IMG/VR virus record: IMGVR_UViG_3300045972_000219
Length of the DNA: 64,000 nt
Reading direction: 5' to 3' (one strand)
DNA from: a virus
Lineage: Duplodnaviria > Heunggongvirae > Uroviricota > Caudoviricetes
The notes beneath the pieces were generated by a model. The model saw only the letters and a program-made list of their open reading frames with translations. It was not told the origin of the DNA and made no database searches. A program made the position numbers and the translations under genes. Numbering within the stretch: the first letter of the stretch is position 1; every line of letters begins with the position of its first letter. Below are positions 36,206-47,159 of this stretch, in pieces.

Positions 36206-38245
36206 ATGTCCGTAATTCAAATTAAAAGATCCACTGTAACAGCTACTCCTGCATCTCTTGCAGTTGGTGAGTTAGCTTATTCGTCTGTATCGAATAGCTT
36301 ATTCATTGGTGAAGCTGGTAATGTTGTTACTAAGATCGGTGGTAAGTCCGTTGTTGATGGTCTTGCAAACTCCGTTAGTGCCGCAATCACAGTTCTTAGT
36401 GGAGATGTAGCTGCTGCAGGTCCAGGTTCTGTTACAGCAACTATTCAGCCTAAAGCTGTTACTCTCGCTAAGATGGCTGATGTAGCTACTGCATCTATTC
36501 TTGGTAGAAATACTGCTGGAAATGGTGTTGTTGAAGTATTAAATAAAACGCAAGTAAGAGCTATGCTTGATATCACTAATGTAGATAATACAACTGACCT
36601 TAACAAGCCTATCTCTACAGCTGCACAAGGTGCTCTTAATGCTAAAGCTCCTATTAATAACCCTGTATTCACTGGCACTGTTGGTGGTATTGATAAAACT
36701 ATGGTTGGTCTTACCAATGTAGATAATACTACTGACCTTCTTAAACCTATCTCTACAGCTACACAGACCGCTATTAGTGCTAAAGCACCTATCAATAATC
36801 CTACATTTACTGGTACTGTTGGTGGTATTACTAAGGCAATGGTTGGTCTTACTAATGTGGACGATACAACTGATGCTAATAAGCCTCTTTCAACTGCAGC
36901 AGTTTCCGCACTTGCAGCTAAAGCTCCTTTAGCTTCTCCTACATTTACTGGTACTGTTGGTGGTATTACTAAATCTATGGTTGGTCTTACCAATGTAGAT
37001 GATACATCTGACATTAACAAGCCTATTTCTACAGCTACACAGAATGCTCTCAACGCTAAGGCTCCATTAGCTAACCCTACATTTACTGGTACTGTTAATG
37101 GTATTAATAAGGCAATGGTTGGTCTTGCTAATGTAGATGATACGACTGATGCTAACAAGCCTATCTCTATACCAGCACAAAATGCTCTTAATCTTAAGGC
37201 ACCAATTGCAAGTCCAGTATTTACTGGTACAGTAACACTTCCTGCAGATCCAACTCTACCAATGCACGCAGTTACTAAGCAGTATGCAGATAGTATTGCT
37301 GCTGGTTTTACTCCTAAACAAGCTTGCCGTGTAGCTACTACAGCTAATATCACTCTGTCTGGTCTTCAGACTATTGATACTATTTCTGTTATTGCTGGTG
37401 ACCGTGTTCTTGTTAAGACTCAGACTACTGCTACACAAAACGGTATTTATATTGCTGCTGCTGGTGCTTGGACGAGGGCATCTGACTTTGATGGTACTCC
37501 TGCTGCTGAAGTTGTTCAGGGTGCATTTACATTTGCATCTGAAGGTGCTGCTAACGGTGGAAACGGCTTCATTATGATTACCGCTTCTCCTGTTCTTGGT
37601 ACTTCAAACATTAACTGGACACAGTTCTCTGGTGCTGGTGAGATCACATCTACTGATTCGACTGTTACTGTTCAGGGTAATAATATTGATCTTCCTGCTA
37701 AATTTGCAGGTAGCAATACATTCCGTTCAGTTACAGTAAACAAGTGGGGCGTTATCACTGCAGGTACTAATCCCACTACTATTGCAGAATACGCTATTAG
37801 TGATGCATATACTAAAACTGAAGTAGGTGTACAAATTTCTTCAGCTCTTGGATCGTATACCACTACTTCAGGTATGAATAGTGCTATTACTACTGCACTT
37901 GGACCATATGCTCTTTCAACTGCTTTAAATGGCTACTCATTGACATCACATGTTCACGCATTCAGTACTCTTACATCACTTCCTGCTACTGTCGCTGCTC
38001 ATGGTATCAATGATGTTTACACTAAAACTGAAATTGCTACTCAAATTAGTAGTGCTCTTAGCACTTACACTAATACTTCAGGTATGAATGGCGCTATTAC
38101 TACTGCTTTAGGTTCCTACACTAATACTACAGGTATGAATGGTGCAATTAGTACTGCTCTTGCATCTTATTCTACAACTGCAGTAATGAACACTGCTATT
38201 ACTAATGCAATCGCAGCAGCAACCATCGATGGTGGTTCATTCTAA
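36206..38245 (+). CDS. repeat-rich tail fibre, N-terminal KRS..GE module, C-terminus IDGGSF
   Basis: Five VDNTTD.NKPISTA..ALNAKAP..NP.FTG repeats; ACRVATTANITLSGLQTID..GDRVLVK.Q..ATQNGIY domain. Confidence 0.8.
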   Translation: MSVIQIKRSTVTATPASLAVGELAYSSVSNSLFIGEAGNVVTKIGGKSVVDGLANSVSAAITVLSGDVAAAGPGSVTATIQPKAVTLAKMADVATASILGRNTAGNGVVEVLNKTQVRAMLDITNVDNTTDLNKPISTAAQGALNAKAPINNPVFTGTVGGIDKTMVGLTNVDNTTDLLKPISTATQTAISAKAPINNPTFTGTVGGITKAMVGLTNVDDTTDANKPLSTAAVSALAAKAPLASPTFTGTVGGITKSMVGLTNVDDTSDINKPISTATQNALNAKAPLANPTFTGTVNGINKAMVGLANVDDTTDANKPISIPAQNALNLKAPIASPVFTGTVTLPADPTLPMHAVTKQYADSIAAGFTPKQACRVATTANITLSGLQTIDTISVIAGDRVLVKTQTTATQNGIYIAAAGAWTRASDFDGTPAAEVVQGAFTFASEGAANGGNGFIMITASPVLGTSNINWTQFSGAGEITSTDSTVTVQGNNIDLPAKFAGSNTFRSVTVNKWGVITAGTNPTTIAEYAISDAYTKTEVGVQISSALGSYTTTSGMNSAITTALGPYALSTALNGYSLTSHVHAFSTLTSLPATVAAHGINDVYTKTEIATQISSALSTYTNTSGMNGAITTALGSYTNTTGMNGAISTALASYSTTAVMNTAITNAIAAATIDGGSF

Positions 38246-38285
38246 ATGTCTATATGACGATACCTATTTACTGTCTATGATTGTG

Positions 38286-38322
38286 AGGCATGTAACTTCT
38301 GTATATACAGAGTTACATGCCT
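38286..38322 (+). terminator. hairpin immediately followed by a late-type promoter
   Basis: AGGCATGTAACT...AGTTACATGCCT; AACA-AATCAT-TG at 38327-38338. Confidence 0.6.
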
Positions 38323-38367
38323 TATTAACAAATCATTGAATTAAACTAAATAGGGAAAGGATAATAA

Positions 38368-41300
38368 ATGTCAATCGTTAAAATTAAAAGATCGACTACA
38401 ACTTTAACACCTGCAACACTAGTTGATGGTGAATTAGCGTACTCTCATTTATCTGGTAATTTATTTATTGGTAACGGAGCTAGTGTTGTTAAAATTGGTG
38501 GTGCAACTTCAACTGCAAGAGTAGACGCTATAGCTGCAGTTATAGGTTTAGTAAAAAGTAATGGGTCTGGATCGTTTTCAGCTGCAGTTGCAGGAACGGA
38601 TTTTGAAGCTGCAGGTGCTGTAGCTGCACATAATTCTGCATATTCACACGTTAATATTCATACACATACTAATTTTACTGCATTAAATGCTGTATCAGGT
38701 ACTAATACTGGCGACCAAACTAATATCACTGGTAACGCAGGTACTGCAACTAAACTTCAAACTGCAAGAACTATTAATGGTGTTGCATTTGATGGTACTG
38801 CAAATATTACTATTACTGCAGGTGGTACTGGTCACACTCTTGATGACTCCGAATATAATTGGTTCTTTGGAAACCTTCCTGGACAATCTGCGCCAATACC
38901 ATATACTATCAATAGATATTTATCTGTTTCATCTACAGGACCGTACGGTACTAAAACTGTAGGCATACTAGATGCATTATTAACGGTTACAGGTAATATA
39001 GGTGGATGGGGTTCTCCAGTATGTTATATTAATGGAAATAGCTTTGATTGGAGTTTTGGAGATAGGTTAAAGATTTTAGTAACTGACGGTCAACCTATGT
39101 TAATAAAATCATCTATGCCATTACAAACTCCGGGAACTCCTATTATTGAGATAGCTAGTATGGCTGGTATTTCAACAGTAGGATCATATCATAATTCTGG
39201 TGATGGATCTTACTACTTAGCATTGTACTGTTATCAGAATGACTATATTGAAATTATTAGCACTGATACAGGCTTCGTTGTATGTGGGCAAAACTTTATT
39301 GAATACATGGGTGGAAAAATTAGTTGGGATAAGATTTCTAATCCGTATGGAACTCCTTACACCCAAAATCTTCCAACTAATGCAACCTTAGATCGTAGTT
39401 ACCTTGGTAGAACCATGAATATTACTGGTAATGGTACTACTATCAATCTTCCTTCAAGTGCATCATCATCTGATGGTGATACATACACGTTTGTAGATTT
39501 AGGTGCAATTAGCTGTACTATTGCTACTGATGCATCAATTGTCTATAATGGAAGATCAATGACAAGCATGACATTTGGTGGTAAAATAGGAATATGTGGT
39601 ATAACACTGTCATGGAATCCATCTGGCGCTTGGATGGTAAAATCACACTCTGTTAAAGAGAGTACTAGTACCATATATCCTATCCAAACTGATGGATATG
39701 TTAGATTAAAAAATGCTTCCTTTTTTACATTAGAAGTAACTTATTGGCCTATAACATTATTAATGTTAGATCCATCAGCTGAGTGTATGCAATCAATTAT
39801 GATTGAAATCACTAATGGCGGATTGCAAACTGTAACATGGCCTACAGGCACTAAGTGGGTTGGTGGAACTCCGCCAACACTGACTACTGCAGGACAAGAT
39901 GTTATCAGTATGTATACCCATGATGCTGGCGTTACTTGGAATGCATTTCTAGTGGGGACAGATAGCGGTATATTGGAAATTACTGGTGCTGCTAATACTG
40001 AAAAGGCACTCCGTATTGCTAATTATACTCAATCAGTTTCCAATGTAAATCAAAACTACATTAAATCTGAAAGTGGTAAATTAACTATTGGTACTCAGAT
40101 GAATGATAGTATTCATTTAGTCCCTAGTGGAACTGGTCGTATTTATTGTAAAAATGAAACATATATAACTGCAGGAGTACATATACAGAAAGCTAGTGCC
40201 ACTGAAGGTGGTCAGATAAACATTTATCGTGGCTCAGATGATACAGTAGACTGGATTATAGACGATCAGGGGTCACAGGCAAGTACAAGTTCAGCTAATC
40301 TACGTATCATCGATAGGCAATCTTTAGTTGCTCTACAGATTGAAGGAACGAATCGAAATGTGTGTGTAGGTAATGGTTCTACTGTAGATGCACGATTCTC
40401 TGTATGGGGAACAGTTACAGGCGCTGCTACAGCATATGGTTGTAACGTAGCTGTTAACGTTGATAATAATGTCGTTACATCAACTGCATTTCTTAATCAG
40501 GCTTCTTCAAGCGTAGTAGGTGCAGGTAGTCTTATTCAGCTTATCAATTACCATGCATCACAAGGAAATCATACTGGTACTGTACAAAATCAGTATGGCT
40601 TCTTGGCATCTGTTGGCTTAGTTGGCGCTACTAATATGAATGCCGGTTTCCACGGCGCTGTGGGTAATGGAAGTGCAGCTATTACATTTGTATCTCTTAC
40701 TTCCAATGTAGTTACGCTAGAAATGGCATCACATTCATTTCTTGTTGGAAATAGAGTTCAGGTTTCAATGGTAACAACTCCAAGTGTTAATGGTACATAT
40801 ACTGTAACAGCAAAAACAGCAACATCTATATCTTATGCTCTTACTGCTGCAAATATAGCAAGAATTGCAGAAAGTGGTGGAGTTGCTTATAATGAATCTA
40901 GGCGTAATATCAGTATGGGTGGTGCTGCTAACAATTATATGGCAGGAAATCTACTTATCGGCTATACAGAGAATAGAAATGCTCCTGGTACTGTAATCGG
41001 TGTTACTGACTATGGTCGCCAAAATTTACAGGTTAACGGAACTGGTTACTTTAGTAGTAATCTTTTTGCTGGATCATTAGTACTTACCCAAACCCCAACT
41101 GGTGTTATTGAGATGGGTAACAATGTTGGTGGTGCATCTTATATTGATATTAAGACTGATACTACATACACTGACTTTGGTTTAAGAATCATCCGTAATG
41201 CAGGTACAGCTAATGCAGTGAGTGAAATTATCGCAAGAGGTACTGGTGGTTTTGGTACTACATGTTCAGACGGTGGAGCTATATGGTGGAAGATTAATAC

Positions 41301-41703
41301 TACTGAAGTATGTAGATTAACATCAACGTATAATCTTCTTGTAGGATCACCTACAGATCGTACCACGACTAATGAAAAAGTTCAGATTACAGGTACTCTT
41401 TGGGCGCAGAACTTTGCAACCAATAGAACTGGTGTTGCAGCTGCAACATATACTGTCCTTGCATCAGACTCAGTTATGTACGCTAGTGTTAATACCACAT
41501 TGACACTTCCTGCAGCAGCAGGTGCTAATGGTCGTATGCTTATCATTAAGAACGTAGGTGCTTTCTCCGTAGTATCTGCTTCTGCTAACGTTATACCGCA
41601 GATAGGTGGTGTTGCTGTTACAGCCATCCTTCCTGCAACAGCTGGAAAATGGGCTATGATTCAGTCCAATGGATCTAACTGGGAAATTATGATGTCTAAC
41701 TAA
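38368..41703 (+). CDS. tail fibre / receptor-binding protein
   Basis: N-terminal IKRSTT..P..L.DGELAY module, TARTINGVAFDGTANITI repeat, WPTGTKWVGGTPPTLTTAG domain, terminal TLTLPAAAG..GRMLIIKN domain. Confidence 0.8.
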   Translation: MSIVKIKRSTTTLTPATLVDGELAYSHLSGNLFIGNGASVVKIGGATSTARVDAIAAVIGLVKSNGSGSFSAAVAGTDFEAAGAVAAHNSAYSHVNIHTHTNFTALNAVSGTNTGDQTNITGNAGTATKLQTARTINGVAFDGTANITITAGGTGHTLDDSEYNWFFGNLPGQSAPIPYTINRYLSVSSTGPYGTKTVGILDALLTVTGNIGGWGSPVCYINGNSFDWSFGDRLKILVTDGQPMLIKSSMPLQTPGTPIIEIASMAGISTVGSYHNSGDGSYYLALYCYQNDYIEIISTDTGFVVCGQNFIEYMGGKISWDKISNPYGTPYTQNLPTNATLDRSYLGRTMNITGNGTTINLPSSASSSDGDTYTFVDLGAISCTIATDASIVYNGRSMTSMTFGGKIGICGITLSWNPSGAWMVKSHSVKESTSTIYPIQTDGYVRLKNASFFTLEVTYWPITLLMLDPSAECMQSIMIEITNGGLQTVTWPTGTKWVGGTPPTLTTAGQDVISMYTHDAGVTWNAFLVGTDSGILEITGAANTEKALRIANYTQSVSNVNQNYIKSESGKLTIGTQMNDSIHLVPSGTGRIYCKNETYITAGVHIQKASATEGGQINIYRGSDDTVDWIIDDQGSQASTSSANLRIIDRQSLVALQIEGTNRNVCVGNGSTVDARFSVWGTVTGAATAYGCNVAVNVDNNVVTSTAFLNQASSSVVGAGSLIQLINYHASQGNHTGTVQNQYGFLASVGLVGATNMNAGFHGAVGNGSAAITFVSLTSNVVTLEMASHSFLVGNRVQVSMVTTPSVNGTYTVTAKTATSISYALTAANIARIAESGGVAYNESRRNISMGGAANNYMAGNLLIGYTENRNAPGTVIGVTDYGRQNLQVNGTGYFSSNLFAGSLVLTQTPTGVIEMGNNVGGASYIDIKTDTTYTDFGLRIIRNAGTANAVSEIIARGTGGFGTTCSDGGAIWWKINTTEVCRLTSTYNLLVGSPTDRTTTNEKVQITGTLWAQNFATNRTGVAAATYTVLASDSVMYASVNTTLTLPAAAGANGRMLIIKNVGAFSVVSASANVIPQIGGVAVTAILPATAGKWAMIQSNGSNWEIMMSN

Positions 41704-41740
41704 CAAATAATCCCCATCAATGTAGGGATGCATAAAATTG

Positions 41741-41774
41741 ACACTGCAGATCTCTAAATAGAGATCTGCAGTGT
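41741..41774 (+). terminator. 15-bp perfect hairpin followed by a late-type promoter
   Basis: ACACTGCAGATCTCT-AAAT-AGAGATCTGCAGTGT; AACA-TTTAAT-TG at 41777-41788. Confidence 0.65.
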
Positions 41775-41820
41775 TAAACATTTAATTGATAAAGCTGTAT
41801 AAATACAAGGGGGCATATAT

Positions 41821-44580
41821 ATGTCTAATCCGATTTTATTAAAACGAAGCTCTGTGACAGGGAAAGTTCCATCTTTGTCTGATTTACAGTTAGGGGAGAT
41901 AGCAGTTAATACTACTGACGGTAAAATGTATATACGAAAAGGGACAAATGTTCCCTCCGATCAGATTATCCAAGTGGGTTCTAATGCAACTACTCTAGAT
42001 GGATATGGTATTACTGATGGTGCAAAGATAGATGGATCTAATGTAACAGCAGGTTCAATATGGAATATTCATATAACGGGTTCTTCAGCGTCATGTAGTA
42101 ATGCAGATAATGCATATAATTCAAATACGGTAAGTGTAGCAGACACGCCTAATATAAATGCATCAGTATATCCAGCTTTTGTATCAGCTACAAATTTTAA
42201 TACACAAGTACTCACTGCATCAACCAAATATACTTTTAGACCAAATACAGGTGCATTAACAATAACAGGTAATATGGTTGCAGGTAGCTATACTACTATG
42301 GGTAATATATCTGTGAGTGCAGGTGCAAATGTAACGAATAATGATGGATCAACTCTTCAATTAAATATTGTAGGTACAGGCGCTGCAGGTGCAAATATAG
42401 GAATATTAGGTAATGGTTCTACTACACCTAAAAAATGGATTAGAGTTATAGGTGGCATTCTACAGTTTATGAATAGTGGTTACACTGCATCAATAATGTC
42501 ATTAACAGATATTGGTGATCTAAATGTAAACTCAGTCAATGGCATTACAGGTATTGCAACTGCTTTACCATCTAATAATGACGGAGTAGCATTCTTAGGT
42601 AACTCAGGTAAAGCAGCTAAAGAAGATCATAAGCATGCCGCTCCAGCTAGTGATGCTTCAAAAGCTCCAATTAATAACCCATCATTCACTGGACAAGTAA
42701 TAGTACCTGAAGGTACAGTTAGTGTACCAGGTTTAGCATTTGCTAATGATGGAGCACCAGATACAGGCTTATATCATATAAGTGATGGTAGTTTCGGAGT
42801 AACTTGCAATACTATTCAAACAATGGTATTTTCATCTATAACAGGTGTTACTGCTAAGAAAATTACAACATCTAACTCAATAGGTCAAGTTCTCAATAAT
42901 ACAGTGTATCCTTCAGTGGTTCAGGTTGTAGCTGATAGCAATAATCAATATATTAATATAGGTGGAATAAGAGATGCTGCTGGAACAGGCTGGTTTGGAA
43001 CACAGTTAAGAATTCAGCAGCTTGTTGATTCATCTTATATGGGATATATTGGATTTTCTGGTACTGGTAATTCAAATGGAATATCTTTTGGTACTGGATC
43101 TGGAAGTTCTCCAGAACTTATATCTGAGAGAATGCGTATTACATCCGTAGGAAATATTCTTATTAATTCCAAAACCGCTGGTGGGCAAAAGTTTCAAATT
43201 AATGATGATATACCTAGTATGGCTTATCCTACTGCATCAGCTTTTACTGCAGATGGAGTTAAATTCAACTATAAAAGTACAAACATAGGTGCTAATAGTT
43301 TAGCATTTCACTCTATGGCATCATATAATCCAGGGATGGCATCATCTTATGGTATTTATGGTGGAGTTACTGAAGCATTAGTTCCAGCTTTGTTAGCTGA
43401 TAACATTACTGCTAATACATTTGCTTTAGGAAATGCAGTAGGTTTAGCTACGCAAGCAAAGCATTATGGTTCTGGACTTGCGCAGAATATATACGGTGCA
43501 GTAATTAGTGGGGTTAATGCTACTGTAACAACAACTGCAACTGCTAATGCTACAAATGTATATGGTGCAACTATTAGTGGAACTCATGCTGGAAACGGTA
43601 TAAGTACTTATGTATATGGATGTAATGTATCTGCAAATATATCGGCAGGAGCACTTAATGCATTACCTGTAACGTGTTTAGTTGGTTTAAGAGCAACTGC
43701 AACTAATAATGCAGGTAATAACCTCACTTCAGTTGTAACTGCTAAAGTTGATACAGCTATAGCATTAAACCTCAGTACAACTATTGCATCACAGATGGCA
43801 ACTAATGCAGGAAAAATAACTAATGCATATGGTATTGCTATATCTAATAACACTGCAGTACCATTGGGTGGCACAGCAATAGGTTTAGGTAGTGCATATG
43901 GGTCTATTGATAATGCTTATGGTATATATGTAGGTAAGATAAATGGATCCGTTCTACAATATGGACTATATATAGATACTTTAGTAGGTTCGTCAACTAG
44001 TAAATATTCAATTTATACAGCAGATACATCTGCTCCATGTTTCTTTGGTGGTGGTTTATCTAATGGTACTGTATTTAGAGCTAGCGGTGGTAATGAAGGT
44101 GGAGAATTACGTCTAGAAAAAGCTCCTAATGGAACTATCGCTGGAACTGCAATAGTAGTTGATGCATATATAGATACTCTTAGAATTTTTGAAAGCGGTA
44201 GTCCTAATCGTGGTGTATTCCTTAATTTTAATAATTGTGGAAGTCAAAGTGAATTAGTCCATACAGGAAATGCTGCATCTCTAGGTATAGGTAGTATGAC
44301 TAAATCTATACAAGCAGTGAATTTTACTGCTAACAAGAGTAATCATTATTTCGTTAATACTAATGGTGGAGCATTAACTGTAACTCTCCCTGCAGCTCCT
44401 GCACAGTTTGATACTGTTAAAATTACTGATTATCATGGTAGTTTTACAACAAATAATCTAACTATTGCAAGAAACGGTAGTCTGATTATGGAACTTGCAG
44501 AAAATCTCATTGTATCAACAAATAATGTGACTATTGAATTAGTATATTTAGATGCTACAATTGGATGGAAGATAATTTAA
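41821..44580 (+). CDS. tail fibre / receptor-binding protein
   Basis: N-terminal LKRSS..GKVP....L.LGEIAVNTTDGKMY module, PGLAF..D..PDTGLY, terminal YFVNT.GGALTVTLPAAP..D.V.I.D...F..NNLTI.RNGS.I domain. Confidence 0.82.
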   Translation: MSNPILLKRSSVTGKVPSLSDLQLGEIAVNTTDGKMYIRKGTNVPSDQIIQVGSNATTLDGYGITDGAKIDGSNVTAGSIWNIHITGSSASCSNADNAYNSNTVSVADTPNINASVYPAFVSATNFNTQVLTASTKYTFRPNTGALTITGNMVAGSYTTMGNISVSAGANVTNNDGSTLQLNIVGTGAAGANIGILGNGSTTPKKWIRVIGGILQFMNSGYTASIMSLTDIGDLNVNSVNGITGIATALPSNNDGVAFLGNSGKAAKEDHKHAAPASDASKAPINNPSFTGQVIVPEGTVSVPGLAFANDGAPDTGLYHISDGSFGVTCNTIQTMVFSSITGVTAKKITTSNSIGQVLNNTVYPSVVQVVADSNNQYINIGGIRDAAGTGWFGTQLRIQQLVDSSYMGYIGFSGTGNSNGISFGTGSGSSPELISERMRITSVGNILINSKTAGGQKFQINDDIPSMAYPTASAFTADGVKFNYKSTNIGANSLAFHSMASYNPGMASSYGIYGGVTEALVPALLADNITANTFALGNAVGLATQAKHYGSGLAQNIYGAVISGVNATVTTTATANATNVYGATISGTHAGNGISTYVYGCNVSANISAGALNALPVTCLVGLRATATNNAGNNLTSVVTAKVDTAIALNLSTTIASQMATNAGKITNAYGIAISNNTAVPLGGTAIGLGSAYGSIDNAYGIYVGKINGSVLQYGLYIDTLVGSSTSKYSIYTADTSAPCFFGGGLSNGTVFRASGGNEGGELRLEKAPNGTIAGTAIVVDAYIDTLRIFESGSPNRGVFLNFNNCGSQSELVHTGNAASLGIGSMTKSIQAVNFTANKSNHYFVNTNGGALTVTLPAAPAQFDTVKITDYHGSFTTNNLTIARNGSLIMELAENLIVSTNNVTIELVYLDATIGWKII

Positions 44581-44589
44581 AAAAAAAAT

Positions 44590-44623
44590 GATAGTGAGAT
44601 ATCTTATTAGATATCTCACTATC
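44590..44623 (+). terminator. 15-bp perfect hairpin
   Basis: GATAGTGAGATATCT-TATT-AGATATCTCACTATC. Confidence 0.65.
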
Positions 44624-44678
44624 AAATTATATTAACTATATATTAATTATATTAATAATTCAATATAAAGGATCAATT

Positions 44679-45803
44679 ATGAGTAATCTAAACCAATTTG
44701 AACCATCAGCATTACCATTAGGTTCTATTATAAAAATTGGAGATATTCCAAATGATGGTCAATTTGCACCTGTAAATAGTTCTATTTCAAGAGCATTATA
44801 TCCTGCATTGAGTGAAATGTTTCCATCTCCAAAATGCGATAATATATCATGGACTACACAAAAAATAGGCGCATCATATCAGGTGTTAGCATATGGAAAT
44901 AGTATTTTTATAATACATTCTATATCTTTAGCTACATGGTATACGACAACTGATGGAATAACTTTAACTGCAATGGCAACTCCTCCAGGATTTAATCCAA
45001 CTGGAAATATTGCTTGTGGTGCATATGGTAATTCAACTTTTGTCTTAATACAAGGGAATGTTATTGGAGTTAATGTATGTTATACATCATCAAATGGAAC
45101 TACTTGGACTGCTAGAACTCTCCCATCTACTGAAACATATAGATGTTTAAGATGTATAAATAATACATTTTTCCTGTTTGTATCTAATAAAGCATATTGC
45201 TATACATCTTCAGATGGAATTACATGGACACAAAGAACACTACCAGTTATACCATCTATGACTGGTTGTTTTATTGATGTCGCATATGGTAATGGTAAGT
45301 ATGTTATGGTTGGAGGACCGGAAATAGCAATATCTACTGATATAATTACATGGTCTAGATATACATTTCCTTCAGAGTCAATATATTATAGTAACTCATT
45401 TAGTTTAAATTATGCTGGAAGTATTGCATTTGGAAATGGTATATTTGTGGTTGAACATGGATGGTGGGCTAAAGCAGTTTCAACAGACGGTATTAATTGG
45501 AAAGGAAGTGATCTTAATACAAGTGGATCATCTTCCAGTCCAAATGTAATATTTTTTAACGGTTATTTCTTTTCAACACATCGGTCAGGTAATAAGTATA
45601 TATCTACAGATGGTATTATTTGGGAACCACTAACTTTAGATGCAATTTGGTGGGCAGATACAATGGTTGCTGGTGGAAATCGAATTATTATAGCAGATTC
45701 TCATGTTAATTCTACAGGTATAAGAGTAGGCTTGATAGATTCCACTTTAATGAAAATAGGTACATTCCCATCCATAGCTAATACTTATGTAAAAGTAAAT
45801 TAA
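44679..45803 (+). CDS. tail-collar-like protein with inserted BNR/Asp-box-like beta-propeller (paralogue 1)
   Basis: N-terminal LPLGSIIK..SRALYPALSEMFP, repeats of YGN..FV....S.DG.TWT.RTLP. Confidence 0.75.
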   Translation: MSNLNQFEPSALPLGSIIKIGDIPNDGQFAPVNSSISRALYPALSEMFPSPKCDNISWTTQKIGASYQVLAYGNSIFIIHSISLATWYTTTDGITLTAMATPPGFNPTGNIACGAYGNSTFVLIQGNVIGVNVCYTSSNGTTWTARTLPSTETYRCLRCINNTFFLFVSNKAYCYTSSDGITWTQRTLPVIPSMTGCFIDVAYGNGKYVMVGGPEIAISTDIITWSRYTFPSESIYYSNSFSLNYAGSIAFGNGIFVVEHGWWAKAVSTDGINWKGSDLNTSGSSSSPNVIFFNGYFFSTHRSGNKYISTDGIIWEPLTLDAIWWADTMVAGGNRIIIADSHVNSTGIRVGLIDSTLMKIGTFPSIANTYVKVN

Positions 45804-45833
45804 AAAAGGAGATCTGTAAGATTATAAGATCTT

Positions 45834-46910
45834 ATGGTAAATAATATGAGTATATCTTCAACATATGGAATTGATTCTCATAGACTTGGACAAATAATTA
45901 AAATGACCGATACTCCTATAAGTGGTGAGTTTTTACCTACAGGAAGTATTGTATCAAGAGCATCATATCCTGATCTAAGTGCAGCATTCCCTCATCCTAA
46001 GATGGCTGTAATAGATGGTGATACATGGACAGTAAGAACTTTATCCGAATTGCAAAATTGGTACTCAGGATGTTATGGAAATAATTTATTTGTAGTAGTA
46101 GGTTCAGGTGGTAGAAATTTAACTTCCCCTGATGGTATTACATGGACTTTAAGAACTTCACCTGTATTATCATCTCAAATATCAGTTTGCTATGGAAATG
46201 GATTATTTGTTTTAGTAGCGACTAGTATAGCAACTGCTTTCACATCACCTGATGGTATTACATGGACAAGTAGAACATTATCACAATATGGTGATTGGCA
46301 GCAAGTATTTTATGGAAATGGAATGTTTGTAGCAGTAGCTAGAACATCTAACTATGTAGCAACTTCGCCTGACGGTATTACATGGACACAAAGAACATTA
46401 CCTTTTACATCTACTTGGGAAACAGGGTGTTATGGAAATGGTATATATGTAGTAATAGCATCTAGTATCAGACTAGTATATTCTACTGATGGAATAAATT
46501 GGTATCCGGGAACAATACCTTTTAAATCATGGCATTCGGTATGTTATGGAAATGGTATATTTGTAGCGGTGGGTACAAATACTGATATCTGTATGACATC
46601 TACAGATGGTATTATTTGGACTGAAAGAACTTTACCATTATTAGAATATTGGTATTCAGTGGGTTATGGAAACGGTATGTTTATAGCAACATGTATTACT
46701 AATAGTAATATATGTCTTACCTCACCTGATGGTATTACATGGACTTTAAGAACATTACCTATTACAGCTAATTGGTTTTCAATATATTATGGAAATAACA
46801 TATTTGTAATGCTATCTAGTATAGATAAAATATTAACATCTGGATCTTCTGATACGAATATTATGAAGTTATCAGAACCAGTTAGTGGTAATTATATAAA
46901 GGTCAAGTAG
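45834..46910 (+). CDS. tail-collar-like beta-propeller protein (paralogue 2)
   Basis: SRASYPDLSAAFPHPK, seven ~41-aa CYGNG.FV.V...SPDGITWT.RTLP repeats, C-terminal IMKL..YIKVK. Confidence 0.8.
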   Translation: MVNNMSISSTYGIDSHRLGQIIKMTDTPISGEFLPTGSIVSRASYPDLSAAFPHPKMAVIDGDTWTVRTLSELQNWYSGCYGNNLFVVVGSGGRNLTSPDGITWTLRTSPVLSSQISVCYGNGLFVLVATSIATAFTSPDGITWTSRTLSQYGDWQQVFYGNGMFVAVARTSNYVATSPDGITWTQRTLPFTSTWETGCYGNGIYVVIASSIRLVYSTDGINWYPGTIPFKSWHSVCYGNGIFVAVGTNTDICMTSTDGIIWTERTLPLLEYWYSVGYGNGMFIATCITNSNICLTSPDGITWTLRTLPITANWFSIYYGNNIFVMLSSIDKILTSGSSDTNIMKLSEPVSGNYIKVK

Positions 46911-46925
46911 CAAAAGGAGTATATC

Positions 46926-47159
46926 ATGAGTGAATTAAAGAGATTATTATCAGGAGATATATATCCCCTAGGAGCTATTATTGAATTTCAAAGTCCTCCA
47001 ACTAATGGAAAATATTTGCTTACTGGAACTTTAGTATCTAGAGCATCATATCCTGAACTAAGTATAGCATTTCCTCACCCTAAACTATCTAATGCTGGTG
47101 ATGTAAATATAATGAAATTAGGTAGTGAATCTACTACTGAATATATGAGGGTAAAATAA
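46926..47159 (+). CDS. propeller-less paralogue (collar halves only)
   Basis: LGAIIEF..VSRASYPELSIAFPHPK joined directly to NIMKLGS...YMRVK; AAGGAG RBS. Confidence 0.75.
   Translation: MSELKRLLSGDIYPLGAIIEFQSPPTNGKYLLTGTLVSRASYPELSIAFPHPKLSNAGDVNIMKLGSESTTEYMRVK

Noticed and set aside
36445-37353. 302-aa antisense ORF (likewise 50706..51473, 1614..1889, 25000..25404, 29012..29443 and many 60-130 aa shadow ORFs)
   Set aside because: These are shadows of repetitive or codon-biased genes on the other strand or frame; they lack RBSs and recognisable motifs.
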